A stretch of DNA of 64,000 nucleotides, from the NCBI GenBank assembly GCA_035555855.1, contig DATMGD010000009.1, positions 17,749 through 81,748 on the forward strand, given 5' to 3'. The stretch comes from Xanthobacteraceae bacterium (GTDB lineage: Bacteria; Pseudomonadota; Alphaproteobacteria; Rhizobiales; Xanthobacteraceae). The position numbers and the translations under genes are program-made. Under the pieces are notes generated by a model. The model had not been told where the DNA came from and did not search any database. It saw nothing but the letters and a program-made list of their open reading frames with translations. Shown here one piece after another: positions 21,709-32,409 of this stretch (its first letter is position 1; every line of letters begins with the position of its first letter).

Positions 21709-22410
21709 ATGGCCGACGAAATTCCCGAACGCAAAACGCGCGGCGCCTTTTATGGGCGCCGCATGGGTCACCCGCTCCGCAAGGGGCAGGCTTCGATCAT
21801 GCGCGATGTGTTGCCGGCGCTTGCGCTCGATCTCACAAAGCCCGCGCCCGCCGATTTGCGCACTTTATTTCCGCAGGATGTTTCCGCCGTGCGACTCGAG
21901 ATCGGTTTCGGCGGCGGCGAAAATTTGCTGCATGAGGCGCGGGACAATCCCGGCATCGGCCATATCGGCTGCGATGTGTACCTGAACGGCGTCGCGCAAT
22001 TCGTCGCCGCAGTGAACGCGGCAAAGCTTGCGAACATCCGCGTCCATCATGGCGACGCGCAGCCGTTTCTCGACTGGCTGCCGGAAGCCAGCCTCGCACG
22101 TCTCGACATTCTTTATCCCGATCCGTGGCCGAAGCGGCGGCACTGGAAACGGCGATTCATTTCCGATGAGCGCGTCAAGAAAATCGCCCGCGTGATTGCG
22201 CCGGGCGGCAGCTTGCGGTTTGCGACCGACATTCCCCACTACGGCGAGTGGGCGCTTGTTCGCTTGCTACGGTCGGACTGTTTTGACTGGACGGCGGAGA
22301 AAGCCAGCGACTGGCTGGAACCCTGGCCCGGATTTCCCGGCACGCGTTATGAAGCCAAAGCCAAGCGCGAAGGCCGCAAACCGGCCTATTTCCGCTTCAT
22401 TCGGCGCTAA
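21709..22410 (+). CDS. trmB: tRNA (guanine46-N7)-methyltransferase
   Basis: SAM-binding EIGFGGGENL and the YPDPWPKRRHWKRR motif. ATG 21709 lies 23 nt after the metK stop. Confidence 0.85.
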   Translation: MADEIPERKTRGAFYGRRMGHPLRKGQASIMRDVLPALALDLTKPAPADLRTLFPQDVSAVRLEIGFGGGENLLHEARDNPGIGHIGCDVYLNGVAQFVAAVNAAKLANIRVHHGDAQPFLDWLPEASLARLDILYPDPWPKRRHWKRRFISDERVKKIARVIAPGGSLRFATDIPHYGEWALVRLLRSDCFDWTAEKASDWLEPWPGFPGTRYEAKAKREGRKPAYFRFIRR

Positions 22411-22438
22411 TCGTTAACCCGCATTAAGCCATCTGGCC

Positions 22439-22466
22439 TTGCGTATCGCTCGCACCGCGCTATATT
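22439..22466 (+). promoter_or_regulatory. Sigma70-like promoter candidate between trmB and rimP
   Basis: TTGCGT (22439-22444), a 16-nt spacer, then TATATT (22461-22466). This is a sequence match only. Confidence 0.35.
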
Positions 22467-22510
22467 GCGCGCATAACAAACATCTCAGCACGGTCTAAGG
22501 ACCGGATGGT

Positions 22511-22548
22511 GAGAGTGGGGCCCGGCCGGGACCCGCTCTTTTTTGTTT
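22511..22548 (+). terminator. Intrinsic terminator / leader attenuator upstream of rimP-nusA
   Basis: A 12-bp stem pairs 22511-22523 with 22528-22540, with one G.A mismatch, two G.U pairs and a GGCC loop. It runs directly into TTTTGTTT (22541-22548), and rimP's ATG is at 22565. Confidence 0.6.
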
Positions 22549-22564
22549 GGCAATTCGGAAGCGA

Positions 22565-23152
22565 ATGAACGAAGCGAATACGAGCAACAGCCTGCATGAA
22601 CCGCGCCTCATCGTTGAGCGCGGTATCGACGCGCGGCTTGCCGCGATCGTCGAACCGGCGCTCGCCGGCATGGGCTATCGGCTGGTGCGCGTTCATGTCT
22701 CGGGCCGCGACGGCTGCACCGTGCAGATCATGGCCGAGCGCCCCGACGGCACCTTCACCATCGAGGATTGCGAAGCCGCCTCGCGCGCAGTCTCGCCTGC
22801 GATCGACGTCGAAGATCCGATCAAGGGCGGCTACCGGCTGGAACTTTCTTCGCCCGGCATCGATCGCCCGTTGGTGCGGCTTTCCGATTTCGAGCGCGCA
22901 AGTGGCGACGAAGCCAAGATCGAGATGAACGCGATGGTCGATGGCCGCAAGCGCTTTCGGGGCGAGATCACCGGCGTCGATGGCGAATTGGCGCTCATTC
23001 GCAATAAGGACAATGCCGACGAAATTTTCCGGCTGCCGATCGCCGAGATGCTCGAAGCCAAGCTCGTCCTCACCGATGCGCTGATCAAGAAAACCATGAA
23101 GCGCGAGAAACAACTCGAACAGACCGCGGCCGAAAGCCGCGCGCAAATCTGA
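22565..23152 (+). CDS. rimP: Ribosome maturation factor RimP
   Basis: Conserved position immediately upstream of nusA. Motifs are GYRLVRV ... [12 protein letters not shown]. Confidence 0.85.
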   Translation: MNEANTSNSLHEPRLIVERGIDARLAAIVEPALAGMGYRLVRVHVSGRDGCTVQIMAERPDGTFTIEDCEAASRAVSPAIDVEDPIKGGYRLELSSPGIDRPLVRLSDFERASGDEAKIEMNAMVDGRKRFRGEITGVDGELALIRNKDNADEIFRLPIAEMLEAKLVLTDALIKKTMKREKQLEQTAAESRAQI

Positions 23153-23167
23153 CCTAGGAGAGAAGTA

Positions 23168-24778
23168 ATGGCCGTCAGTGCAAACCGCCTCGAACTCCTG
23201 CAAATCGCCGAAGCGGTCGCCCGCGAGAAATCAATCGACAAGTCGATCGTGCTCGGCGCGATGCAGGAAGCGATCGCCAAGGCCGCCCGCTCGCGCTACG
23301 GCGCGGAAACGGATTTGCACGCCGACATCAACCCGAAGACCGGCGAATTGCATCTCTCGCGCCATCTTCTCGTTGTCGACGAAGTCGAGAACCCGGCGAG
23401 CCAGATCAGTCTCGAGGACGCCAAGCGCCGCAATCCGGCAGCGCAAGCGGGCGACACCATCGCCGACACGCTGCCGCCGTTCGACTACGGCCGCATCGCC
23501 GCGCAGTCCGCGAAACAAGTCATCGTGCAGAAAGTGCGCGAAGCCGAGCGCGATCGCCAGTACAACGACTACAAGGATCGCATCGGCGAAATCGTCAACG
23601 GTGTCGTCAAGCGCGTCGAATACGGCAACGTCGTCGTCGATCTCGGCCGCGGCGAAGCCATCGTGCGGCGCGACGAGATGCTGCCGCGCGAAGCGTTCCG
23701 CAACGGCGATCGCGTGCGCGCCTATGTTTACGACGTGCGCCGCGAGCCGCGCGGCCCGCAGATTTTCCTCTCGCGCACGCATCCGCAGTTCATGGCCAAG
23801 CTCTTCGCCCAGGAAGTGCCGGAGATCTATGACGGCATCGTCGAGATCAAGGCGGTCGCCCGCGATCCGGGCTCGCGCGCCAAGATCGCGGTGATCTCGC
23901 GCGATTCCTCGGTCGATCCGGTCGGCGCCTGCGTCGGTATGCGCGGCTCGCGCGTGCAGGCGGTGGTAAACGAATTGCAGGGTGAGAAGATCGACATTAT
24001 TCCGTGGTCGATGGACGTCGCGACCTTCGTCGTCAACGCGCTTGCGCCGGCCGAAGTCGTGAAGGTCGTGCTCGACGAAGTCCGCGAGCGCATCGAGGTC
24101 GTCGTGCCGGACGCGCAGCTCTCGCTCGCCATCGGCCGCCGCGGCCAGAACGTGCGGCTTGCTTCGCAGCTCACCGGCTGGGACATCGACATTCTCACCG
24201 AGCAGGAAGAGAGCGAGCGCCGCCAGAAGGAATTCACCGAACGCTCGCGCACCTTCATCGAGGCGCTCGATGTCGACGAAATGGTCGCACAGCTCCTCAC
24301 CGCCGAAGGCTTCGCTTCAGTCGAGGAACTCGCGCTCGTACCGGTCGAGGAACTTTCTTCAATCGAAGGCTTCGACGCCGAGACGGCGCAGGAGCTGCAG
24401 GATCGCGCCCGGGAATTTCTCGCGCGCCAGGAAGCGGAGCTTGAGAGCCGCCGCAAGGAACTCGGCGTCGAGGATGCAGTCAAGGACGTGCCGGGTGTCA
24501 CCGGCAGGATGCTGGTCGCTTTCGGCGAACACGACATCAAGTCGGTCGAGGACCTCGCCGGCTGCGCCACCGACGACCTTGTCGGCTGGTCGGAGCGCAA
24601 GGACGGCGAGACGGTGCAGCATCCGGGCGCGCTCGACGGCTTCGGCCTCGAGAAGGCCGAAGTCGAACACCTCATCATGCAGGCGCGCGTGAAGGCCGGC
24701 TGGATCGACGAGTCGGCGCTCGCGCAACCCGAACCGGAAGCCGAGGCCGAGACGGCCGAAGCGGCCGAGCAGGCGTAA
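23168..24778 (+). CDS. nusA: Transcription termination/antitermination factor NusA
   Basis: N-terminal [17 protein letters not shown]1 domain, KH domains ([14 protein letters not shown]; [17 protein letters not shown]) and C-terminal acidic HhH repeats. Confidence 0.95.
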   Translation: MAVSANRLELLQIAEAVAREKSIDKSIVLGAMQEAIAKAARSRYGAETDLHADINPKTGELHLSRHLLVVDEVENPASQISLEDAKRRNPAAQAGDTIADTLPPFDYGRIAAQSAKQVIVQKVREAERDRQYNDYKDRIGEIVNGVVKRVEYGNVVVDLGRGEAIVRRDEMLPREAFRNGDRVRAYVYDVRREPRGPQIFLSRTHPQFMAKLFAQEVPEIYDGIVEIKAVARDPGSRAKIAVISRDSSVDPVGACVGMRGSRVQAVVNELQGEKIDIIPWSMDVATFVVNALAPAEVVKVVLDEVRERIEVVVPDAQLSLAIGRRGQNVRLASQLTGWDIDILTEQEESERRQKEFTERSRTFIEALDVDEMVAQLLTAEGFASVEELALVPVEELSSIEGFDAETAQELQDRAREFLARQEAELESRRKELGVEDAVKDVPGVTGRMLVAFGEHDIKSVEDLAGCATDDLVGWSERKDGETVQHPGALDGFGLEKAEVEHLIMQARVKAGWIDESALAQPEPEAEAETAEAAEQA

Positions 24779-24790
24779 CGGAGATGACCC

Positions 24791-25513
24791 GTGAGCGCCA
24801 CCACCCCCGCCGAGGCAACCGACAACACCGATAAGAGCCCTGATTCAGGGCTCGATACGGGTCTTGCCGACGCGCGGCGCAGCCTTTCGCGGCTGTGCCT
24901 CGCGACCGGCGAGGTGAAGCCGGTCGGCGAGATGATCCGCTATGTGGTCGCGCCCGACGGCATCATTGTGCCCGATCTCGCGCACAAGCTGCCGGGCCGC
25001 GGCGCCTGGGTCACGGCCAGCGAAGCTGCCTTAAAGACCGCCATCGACAAACGAGCCTTCGCCCGTGCCTTCCGCGGCCGAGGCAGGATCGAGGGCAAAG
25101 CCGATAGCGCCCTCCCCGCGCTTGTCGACAAGCTCCTGTTCAAGGCGGCGCTCGACTCGCTTTCGATCGCCAACAAGGCGGGGCAAGTGCTCACCGGCTT
25201 CGAGAAGATCCGCGAGCGGCTCGGTGGCAAACGCGTCATCGCGCTCCTACATGCATCGGACGCGGGCGAAGACGGCCGGGCAAAGCTCAATGCCGCGGCG
25301 TATGCCGCAAGCCCCGATACGGCGGAAGAAATCCGGCTGTTTTCAGGGGAACAATTGGACTTGGCGCTCGGGCGCCCAAATGTGGTACATGCTGCCCTGC
25401 TCGATCACGCGGCTTGCCGGGCATTTCTCGCGCATTGTTTGCAATACCAACGCTGGCGAGAAGAACGCCCGCGCGCGGATGATAACAACGGTCGCGGCCG
25501 CGGCGATCGGTAG
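24791..25513 (+). CDS. YlxR (DUF448)-like RNA-binding domain fused to a YlxQ/L7Ae-like domain
   Basis: GTG start. The N-terminal part has the DUF448 pattern ([11 protein letters not shown] ... GRGAWV). The C-terminal part resembles L7Ae/YlxQ ([14 protein letters not shown] ... [14 protein letters not shown]). It lies between nusA and infB. Confidence 0.75.
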   Translation: MSATTPAEATDNTDKSPDSGLDTGLADARRSLSRLCLATGEVKPVGEMIRYVVAPDGIIVPDLAHKLPGRGAWVTASEAALKTAIDKRAFARAFRGRGRIEGKADSALPALVDKLLFKAALDSLSIANKAGQVLTGFEKIRERLGGKRVIALLHASDAGEDGRAKLNAAAYAASPDTAEEIRLFSGEQLDLALGRPNVVHAALLDHAACRAFLAHCLQYQRWREERPRADDNNGRGRGDR

Positions 25514-25532
25514 AATCGGAAATCAGGAAGTT

Positions 25533-28076
25533 ATGGCTGATCATAAAGACGACAAACCGAAAACGCCGACCAAAACGATCACCCTGAAGGGGCGGGTCGA
25601 GAGCGGCACCGTGCGGCAGAGCTTCAGCCACGGCCGCTCGAAGTCGGTTGTCGTCGAAACCGTCCGCCGCCGCACGCTCGGCGGTCCGGCGAAACCCGCA
25701 GTAACGGCAAAGCCCGCGGCCCCGGCCGAAACCGCCGCGCCCGCCCGGCCTGCCGCACGCCAGGAAGCGCGTAGCGAAACGCGCAGCGAAGCGCCGCAGC
25801 GTTCGTCCGGCGTCGTGCTCCGCACGCTGACCGAGGAAGAGCGCGAGGCCCGCGATCGCGCGCTGATCGACGCGCGTTCGCGCGAAGCCGAAGAGCGCAA
25901 GCACGCCGAGGAAGAAGCCAAGCGCCGCGTCGAACGCGAAGCGGTCGAGAAGGTCGAGCGCGAAGCCGCCGAAGCGCGCAAGAAAGTCGAAGAAGAGCGC
26001 CGCGCCGCCGAAGAGCAGACCAAGCGCAAGGCCGACGAGGTCGCCAAGAAGCGCCTCGGCGAAACCACCACTGCACCGGCCGGTCGCGCCATCGTCGCCG
26101 ACGAAGAAGACGAAGGCCCGCGCGGTGCGCGCCGGGCCGGCGGCAAGGCCGCGCCTGCGCCCAAACCGGTACGCGCGCCGGGCGAGGAAAAGCGCCGCGG
26201 GCGCCTGACGCTCGTCACCGCGCTCGACGACGAAGAACGCCAGCGCTCGGTCGCCGCGTTCCGCCGCCGCACGCAACGCATCTCCGGCCACCGGCCGTCG
26301 AACGAGCCGAAGGAAAAAATCGCGCGCGAGGTGACGATTCCGGAATCGATTACGATTCAGGAACTCGCCAACCGCATGGCCGAGCGCGCCGTCGACGTCA
26401 TCCGCCTACTGATGCAGCAGGGCCAGATGCTAAAGATCAACGACTCGATCGACGCCGACACCGCGCAGCTGATCGCCGAGGAAATGGGCCACACGGTCAA
26501 GCGCGTCGCCGAAGCCGACGTCATCGAAGGTCTGTTCGACCTTGCCGACGATCCGGCACAGGCGAAGCCCCGACCGCCGGTCGTCACCGTCATGGGCCAT
26601 GTCGACCACGGCAAGACGTCGCTCTTGGACGCCATCCGTCACGCCAATGTCGTCGCCGGCGAAGCCGGCGGCATCACGCAGCACATCGGCGCCTATCAAG
26701 TGACGGCGCCGTCGGGCGCCAAGATCACCTTCATCGACACGCCGGGCCACGCCGCGTTCACCGCGATGCGCGCGCGCGGCGCGAAGGTCACCGATCTCGT
26801 CATTCTCGTTGTCGCCGCCGACGACGGCGTCATGCCGCAGACGATCGAAGCCATTCAGCACGCCAAAGCGGCGAAGGTGCCGATGATCGTCGCGATCAAC
26901 AAGATCGACAAGGGCGAAGCCAATCCGAACCGCGTGCGCACCGAGCTGTTGCAGCACGAGGTGCAGGTCGAAACGATGGGCGGCGAAACGCTCGACGTCG
27001 AAGTGTCGGCGACGAAGCAGATCAACCTCGACAAGTTGCTCGAATCGGTCGCGCTCCAGACCGAAATTCTCGATCTCAAGGCCAATCCCGATCGTCCGGC
27101 CGAAGGCACGGTGATCGAAGCCAAGCTCGATCGCGGCCGCGGTTCGGTCGCGACCGTGCTCGTCCAGAAGGGCACGCTCAAGGTCGGCGACATCGTCGTT
27201 GCCGGCGGCGAATGGGGCCGCGTCCGCGCGCTGGTCAACGACCGCGGCGACAACGTCAAGGAAGCCGGGCCCTCGATGCCGGTCGAAGTTCTCGGCTTTG
27301 CCGGAACGCCGGAAGCGGGCGACCGCCTCGCCGTCGTCGAGAACGAGGCGCGTGCCCGCGAAGTCACCGACTATCGCGCGCGCCAGCGCCGCGACAAGCC
27401 GGCGCGCGGCGCCGCGCGCGGCTCGCTCGAACAGATGATGACCCAGCTCAAGACGTCGGGCCGCAAGGAATTCCCGCTCGTCATCAAGGGCGACGTGCAG
27501 GGCTCGGTCGAAGCCATCGTCGGCTCGCTCGAAAAGCTCGGTACCGACGAGGTGATGGCGCGCATCCTGCTCGCCGGCGTCGGCGGCATTTCGGAATCGG
27601 ATGTGACGCTCGCCGGCTCCACCGGCGCCGTCATCCTCGGCTTCAACGTGCGCGCCCACAAGGAAGCGCGCACCGCAGCCGAACGCGCCGGTGTCGAAAT
27701 CCGCTACTACAACATCATCTACGATCTCGTCGACGATGTGAAAAAGGCGATGTCGGGCCTCCTCGCGCCGACGCTGCGCGAAACCATGCTCGGCAACGCC
27801 GAAATCCTCGAGATCTTCAACATCTCGAAGGTCGGCAAGATCGCAGGCTGCCGCGTCACCGACGGCAAGGTCGAGCGCGGCGCGAATGTGCGCCTGATCC
27901 GCGACAACGTCGTCATCCACGAAGGCAAGCTCGGCACGCTCAAGCGCTTCAAGGACGAAGTGAAGGAAGTCGCATCGGGCCAGGAATGCGGCATGGCCTT
28001 CGAGAAATACGAGGACATGCGCGTCGGCGACGTCATCGAGTGCTATCGCGTCGAATCGATCGCCCGCTCGCTGTAA
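25533..28076 (+). CDS. infB: Translation initiation factor IF-2
   Basis: ATG 25533 lies after AGGAAG. It has a charged low-complexity N-terminus and a G domain ([21 protein letters not shown]), giving 847 aa. The ORF extension from 25065 overlaps the previous gene. Confidence 0.95.
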   Translation: MADHKDDKPKTPTKTITLKGRVESGTVRQSFSHGRSKSVVVETVRRRTLGGPAKPAVTAKPAAPAETAAPARPAARQEARSETRSEAPQRSSGVVLRTLTEEEREARDRALIDARSREAEERKHAEEEAKRRVEREAVEKVEREAAEARKKVEEERRAAEEQTKRKADEVAKKRLGETTTAPAGRAIVADEEDEGPRGARRAGGKAAPAPKPVRAPGEEKRRGRLTLVTALDDEERQRSVAAFRRRTQRISGHRPSNEPKEKIAREVTIPESITIQELANRMAERAVDVIRLLMQQGQMLKINDSIDADTAQLIAEEMGHTVKRVAEADVIEGLFDLADDPAQAKPRPPVVTVMGHVDHGKTSLLDAIRHANVVAGEAGGITQHIGAYQVTAPSGAKITFIDTPGHAAFTAMRARGAKVTDLVILVVAADDGVMPQTIEAIQHAKAAKVPMIVAINKIDKGEANPNRVRTELLQHEVQVETMGGETLDVEVSATKQINLDKLLESVALQTEILDLKANPDRPAEGTVIEAKLDRGRGSVATVLVQKGTLKVGDIVVAGGEWGRVRALVNDRGDNVKEAGPSMPVEVLGFAGTPEAGDRLAVVENEARAREVTDYRARQRRDKPARGAARGSLEQMMTQLKTSGRKEFPLVIKGDVQGSVEAIVGSLEKLGTDEVMARILLAGVGGISESDVTLAGSTGAVILGFNVRAHKEARTAAERAGVEIRYYNIIYDLVDDVKKAMSGLLAPTLRETMLGNAEILEIFNISKVGKIAGCRVTDGKVERGANVRLIRDNVVIHEGKLGTLKRFKDEVKEVASGQECGMAFEKYEDMRVGDVIECYRVESIARSL

Positions 28077-28132
28077 ACAATCGGCAACAACGGCGCCGCG
28101 ACCGGTTCAATCCCGGCGCGGCGTAGGACATC

Positions 28133-28561
28133 ATGGCCCATTCTTCACATTCCAAATCGGGTGCCAAATCCGGCGGTAAATCCGGCGCATCCCAGCGCAT
28201 GCTGCGCGTCGGCGAGCTGATCCGTCATGCGCTCGTCGATGTCTTCATCCATGAAGGCATCCACGACCCGGTGCTGGAAAGACACACCATCACCTTCCCC
28301 GAAGTGAAGATGACGGCGGATCTCCGGCACGCGACGGTCTATGTCATGCCGCTCGGCGGCAAGGACAGCGACGCGGTGATCGCGGCGCTCAACCGCAACA
28401 AGCGCTGGCTCAGGGGCGCGCTCGCGAAACGCGTCGACATGCGATACATGCCGGACGTGCATTTCCGCCTCGACGAGCGCTTCGACGAGGCCGACCGCAT
28501 CGAGCGGCTCCTGCATTCGCCGGAAGTCGCGCGCGATCTCAAGAAAGACGATTCCGAATGA
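28133..28561 (+). CDS. rbfA: Ribosome-binding factor A
   Basis: QRMLRVGELIRHAL motif. It holds the conserved position between infB and truB. Confidence 0.9.
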   Translation: MAHSSHSKSGAKSGGKSGASQRMLRVGELIRHALVDVFIHEGIHDPVLERHTITFPEVKMTADLRHATVYVMPLGGKDSDAVIAALNRNKRWLRGALAKRVDMRYMPDVHFRLDERFDEADRIERLLHSPEVARDLKKDDSE

Positions 28562-29478
28562 ACGCGCCGCGCCGCGAAAAGCGCGACGTGCATGGCTGGC
28601 TCGTGCTCGACAAACCGGTCGGCACGACGTCCACCGTCGCCGTCGCGATCCTCAAGCGCCTGACGCGCGCCAAGAAAGTCGGCCATGCCGGCACGCTCGA
28701 TCCACTCGCCTCGGGGCTGTTGCCGATCGCGTTCGGCGAAGCAACCAAGACCGTTTCCTATGTGATGGATGGCCGCAAGGTGTACCGCTTCAAGGTGCGC
28801 TGGGGCATCGAGACCGATACCGACGACACCGAAGGCAAGACGATTGCCGAATCGGCCGTGCGACCGTCGATCGCGCAGATCGAAGCGGCTCTTCCTGCTT
28901 TCACCGGCATCATCGAGCAGACGCCGCCGAAATTTTCGGCGATCAAGGTCGAGGGCGAGCGGGCCTACGATCTTGCGCGCGCCGGCGAGGAAGTGACACT
29001 GGCCGCGCGGCCGATCGAGATTCACAGCCTGACCATCGCCGAGACGGTTGATGCCGATCACACCGTGTTCGAGGCCGAATGCGGCAAGGGCACTTATGTG
29101 CGCGCTATCGCCCGCGACCTCGGGCGCGCGCTCGGCACACGCGGGCATGTTTGCGAATTGCGCCGCACGCAGGTCGGCAGCTTCGACGAGAAGGCCGCGA
29201 TCACGCTTGAAGAAGTCGAGCGGCTGGGTGCCGCTTCGCCCGATGCGCTTAAAGAGGCGCTATTGCCAGTCGCCGCATCGCTCGCGCTGATGCCGCAGAT
29301 CACGCTCGGGCCCGATGACGCGCAGCGTATCCGCATGGGCCAGCCGGTGTTTCTGCGCGGCCGCGACGCGCCGATTCTGGAGGGCACCGTCACCGTCTCG
29401 GCGCGCGGCGGTGCGCTCATCGCGCTCGCCGATGTCGAGCAGGGCGCGCTCAAGCCGAAGCGGATTTTCCATCTCTGA
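28558..29478 (+). CDS. truB: tRNA pseudouridine(55) synthase TruB
   Basis: HGWLVLDKPVGTTS and the catalytic Asp context GHAGTLDPLASG. It has a 4-nt overlap with rbfA. Confidence 0.92.
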   Translation: MNAPRREKRDVHGWLVLDKPVGTTSTVAVAILKRLTRAKKVGHAGTLDPLASGLLPIAFGEATKTVSYVMDGRKVYRFKVRWGIETDTDDTEGKTIAESAVRPSIAQIEAALPAFTGIIEQTPPKFSAIKVEGERAYDLARAGEEVTLAARPIEIHSLTIAETVDADHTVFEAECGKGTYVRAIARDLGRALGTRGHVCELRRTQVGSFDEKAAITLEEVERLGAASPDALKEALLPVAASLALMPQITLGPDDAQRIRMGQPVFLRGRDAPILEGTVTVSARGGALIALADVEQGALKPKRIFHL

Positions 29479-29648
29479 GCGCTGCTCCGCTCGGCTTACA
29501 TTGACTTCCATTAACGAAATCAGAGGCTTAACTCGCCGAATCTCCGCTTCCCAAGCGGCAAAATCCCTCTATATTGCACCGCATTCCGCGACCCTGCTGG
29601 ACGACATCCCGGCCCGGCCGCTTTTCTCAAGACATAAAGGAGACACCG

Positions 29649-29918
29649 ATGTCGCTAAGCGCAGAGCGCAAACAGGCGCTCGTAAAAGAGTATGCGACCA
29701 AGAAGGGCGACACCGGTTCGCCCGAAGTGCAGGTCGCAATCCTTTCGGAACGGATCAATTACCTGACCGAACACTTCAAGGCCCACGTCAAGGACAACCA
29801 TTCCCGGCGCGGTCTACTCAAAATGGTTTCACAGCGTCGCAGCCTCCTCGACTATCTCAAGTCGAAGGATGAAGCGCGCTACAAGAAGCTGATCGAGCGG
29901 CTCGACATTCGCCGGTAA
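29649..29918 (+). CDS. rpsO: 30S ribosomal protein S15
   Basis: 89-aa product [15 protein letters not shown]...GSPEVQVA...[23 protein letters not shown] 29649 lies after AAGGAG. Confidence 0.95.
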   Translation: MSLSAERKQALVKEYATKKGDTGSPEVQVAILSERINYLTEHFKAHVKDNHSRRGLLKMVSQRRSLLDYLKSKDEARYKKLIERLDIRR

Positions 29919-29935
29919 TTTGCGCCGCCAACTCA

Positions 29936-30115
29936 CCGCCGCGCGGGCATAGGGCATCGCGCGGCAACCACGCGGCGGCAAGAGCCGCCGTATCACCAAC
30001 GGCAGAGCCACAGTCATGGCAGGATCGTTAGGGGCTCATCATCCGACGCGCGAGATTCGCGCGCGGGCGAGCCTCTTGCCGTCTTGCGCATGGCTTGGCT
30101 CCGCCGCAAGCCATG
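29936..30115 (+). promoter_or_regulatory. Structured rpsO-pnp intergenic leader
   Basis: It holds several GC-rich hairpins. CGGCGGC-aaga-GCCGCCG is at 29973-29990, CGCGCGA-gat-TCGCGCG at about 30047-30063, and CATGGCTTG-9nt-CAAGCCATG at 30089-30115, which ends 10 nt before the pnp ATG. Confidence 0.5.
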
Positions 30116-30125
30116 GAACATCCAT

Positions 30126-32270
30126 ATGTTCAATATCCATAAAGAAGAAATCGACTGGGGGGGACGCCGCCTAGTTCTCGAAACCGGAAGGCTCGCGCGC
30201 CAGGCTGACGGCGCCGTCTTCGCTAGCTACGGCGACACCACCGTGCTCGCCACCATCGTCGCGGCCAAGTCGCCGAAGCCCGGCATCGATTTCATGCCGC
30301 TGACGGTCAACTACCAGGAAAAATATTTCGCCGCGGGCCGTATCCCAGGCGGTTACTTCAAGCGCGAAGGCCGGCCGACCGAAAAAGAGACGCTCACCTC
30401 GCGCCTCATCGATCGCCCGATCCGTCCGCTGTTCGCCGAAGGCTGGCGCTGCGACACGCAGGTCATCATCACCGTGCTCTCGCACGATCTCGAGAACGAT
30501 CCCGACATTCTGGCGATGGTCGCGGCTTCCGCGGCGCTGACCCTCTCGGGTGCGCCGTTCATGGGCCCGATCGGCGGTGCCCGCGTCGGCTTCATCAACA
30601 ACGAGTATGTCCTGAACCCGACCATCGACGAGATGAAGGAAAGCTCGCTCGATCTCGTCGTCGCCGGCACCAAGGACGCCGTGTTGATGGTCGAATCCGA
30701 AGCCAAGGAGCTTCCGGAAGAAGTCATGCTCGGCTCGGTGATGTTCGGCCATCGCCACTTCCAGCCGGTGATCGACATGATCATCAAGCTCGCGGAAAAG
30801 GCCGCGAAAGAACCGCGCGAAGTCACACTGCCGGATCTTTCGGCGCTCGAGAGCAAGGTCGCTTCGATCGCGGAAAGCGGTCTGCGCGCCGCTTACGGCA
30901 TCAAGACCAAGCAGGAACGCCACAAGGCGATCGAAGGCGTGAAGGCCGAGGTCAAGGCCGCCTTCCCCGAAACCACCGACAAGGAAGCGCCGACGCCGCA
31001 GCAGGTCGGCGGCGTGTTCAAGGAACTCGAAGCCAAGATCGTCCGCAACTCGATCCTCGACACCGGCATCCGCATCGACGGCCGCGACACCAAGACCGTC
31101 CGGCAGATCATCGCGGAAACCGGCGTGCTGCCGCGCACTCACGGCTCGGCGCTGTTCACGCGCGGCGAGACGCAGGCGCTCGTCGTCACCACGCTCGGCA
31201 CCGGCGAGGACGAACAGTGGATCGACGCACTGTCGGGAACGTATAAAGAGACGTTCCTGCTGCACTACAACTTCCCGCCTTACTCGGTCGGCGAAACCGG
31301 CCGCATGGGCTCGCCGGGCCGCCGCGAAATCGGCCACGGCAAGCTCGCGTGGCGCGCCATTCGGCCGATGCTGCCGCCGAACACGGAGTTCCCCTACACG
31401 ATCCGCATCGTGTCGGAGATCACCGAATCGAACGGCTCGTCGTCGATGGCGACGGTCTGCGGCTCGTCGCTCGCGCTGATGGATGCGGGCGTGCCGCTGC
31501 GCCGCCCGGTCGCGGGCATCGCGATGGGTCTCATCCTGGAAGACAAGAAGTTCGCCGTGCTCTCCGACATCCTCGGCGACGAGGATCATCTCGGCGACAT
31601 GGACTTCAAGGTCGCGGGCACCGAAAAGGGCGTCACGTCGCTCCAGATGGACATCAAGATCGCCGGCATCACCGAAGAGATCATGAAGGTGGCGCTCACT
31701 CAGGCGAAGGATGGCCGCTTGCACATCCTGGGTGAAATGGCGAAAGCCCTCACCGCTGCCCGCCCCGAGCTCGGCGCCAACGCGCCGCGCATCGAGGTAA
31801 TCCAGATCCCGGTCGATAAGATCCGCGACGTCATCGGCACCGGCGGCAAGGTGATCCGCGAGATCGTCGAGAAGACCGGCGCCAAGATCAACGTCGAGGA
31901 CGACGGCACCGTGAAGGTGGCTTCTTCCAGCGGCGATTCGATCAACGCGGCGATCAAGTGGATCAAGTCGCTGACCTCCGATCCGGAAGTCGGCCAGATC
32001 TATGACGGCACCATCGTCAAGACCGTCGACTTCGGCGCCTTCGTCAACTTCTACGGCGCCAAGGACGGCCTTGTGCACATCAGCCAGCTCGCCCAGGGCC
32101 GCGTCAACAAGACGACCGACGTCGTCAAGGAAGGCGACAAGGTCAAGGTCAAGCTTCTCGGCTTCGACGACCGCGGCAAGGTGCGGCTCTCGATGAAGGT
32201 CGTCGACCAGACGACCGGCGAGGACCTCGAGGCCAAGGCCAAAAGCGAACAGGCCCCGGCCGCCGAGTAA
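30126..32270 (+). CDS. pnp: Polyribonucleotide nucleotidyltransferase (PNPase)
   Basis: Two RNase PH-like domains plus KH and S1 domains. Motifs include [22 protein letters not shown] and [15 protein letters not shown] at 30126. Confidence 0.96.
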   Translation: MFNIHKEEIDWGGRRLVLETGRLARQADGAVFASYGDTTVLATIVAAKSPKPGIDFMPLTVNYQEKYFAAGRIPGGYFKREGRPTEKETLTSRLIDRPIRPLFAEGWRCDTQVIITVLSHDLENDPDILAMVAASAALTLSGAPFMGPIGGARVGFINNEYVLNPTIDEMKESSLDLVVAGTKDAVLMVESEAKELPEEVMLGSVMFGHRHFQPVIDMIIKLAEKAAKEPREVTLPDLSALESKVASIAESGLRAAYGIKTKQERHKAIEGVKAEVKAAFPETTDKEAPTPQQVGGVFKELEAKIVRNSILDTGIRIDGRDTKTVRQIIAETGVLPRTHGSALFTRGETQALVVTTLGTGEDEQWIDALSGTYKETFLLHYNFPPYSVGETGRMGSPGRREIGHGKLAWRAIRPMLPPNTEFPYTIRIVSEITESNGSSSMATVCGSSLALMDAGVPLRRPVAGIAMGLILEDKKFAVLSDILGDEDHLGDMDFKVAGTEKGVTSLQMDIKIAGITEEIMKVALTQAKDGRLHILGEMAKALTAARPELGANAPRIEVIQIPVDKIRDVIGTGGKVIREIVEKTGAKINVEDDGTVKVASSSGDSINAAIKWIKSLTSDPEVGQIYDGTIVKTVDFGAFVNFYGAKDGLVHISQLAQGRVNKTTDVVKEGDKVKVKLLGFDDRGKVRLSMKVVDQTTGEDLEAKAKSEQAPAAE

Positions 32271-32295
32271 CGGCGCTCCGGACATCAATGCGAAA

Positions 32296-32325
32296 GGGCG
32301 GCCCATCGTGCCGCCCTTTTTCGTT
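32296..32325 (+). terminator. Intrinsic terminator of pnp
   Basis: GGGCGGC-7nt-GCCGCCC stem (32296-32316) with flanking A/U extension, followed by TTTTTCGTT. Confidence 0.7.
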
Positions 32326-32409
32326 CGGGTTTCTGGCAGGTTTTCCGATTGCGCGATGCATGCCACACTGAGCTAATCTTGGACTTTGCTACTATTTTCC
32401 GGATCCGCA

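Noticed and set aside
25065-25532. Upstream extension of the infB ORF (the 1003-aa version). Similar extensions occur for the OsmC-like gene (1369-1530), trmB (21403-21708), metK (20387-20488) and the MurU-like gene (61970-62104).
   Set aside because: The extensions overlap the preceding genes in another frame and are Arg-rich. Internal starts with SD-like sequences reproduce the canonical N-termini of each family.
30171-32366. 731-aa ORF antisense to pnp.
   Set aside because: Same artefact. PNPase on the + strand has unambiguous domain motifs, and the antisense product is low-complexity.
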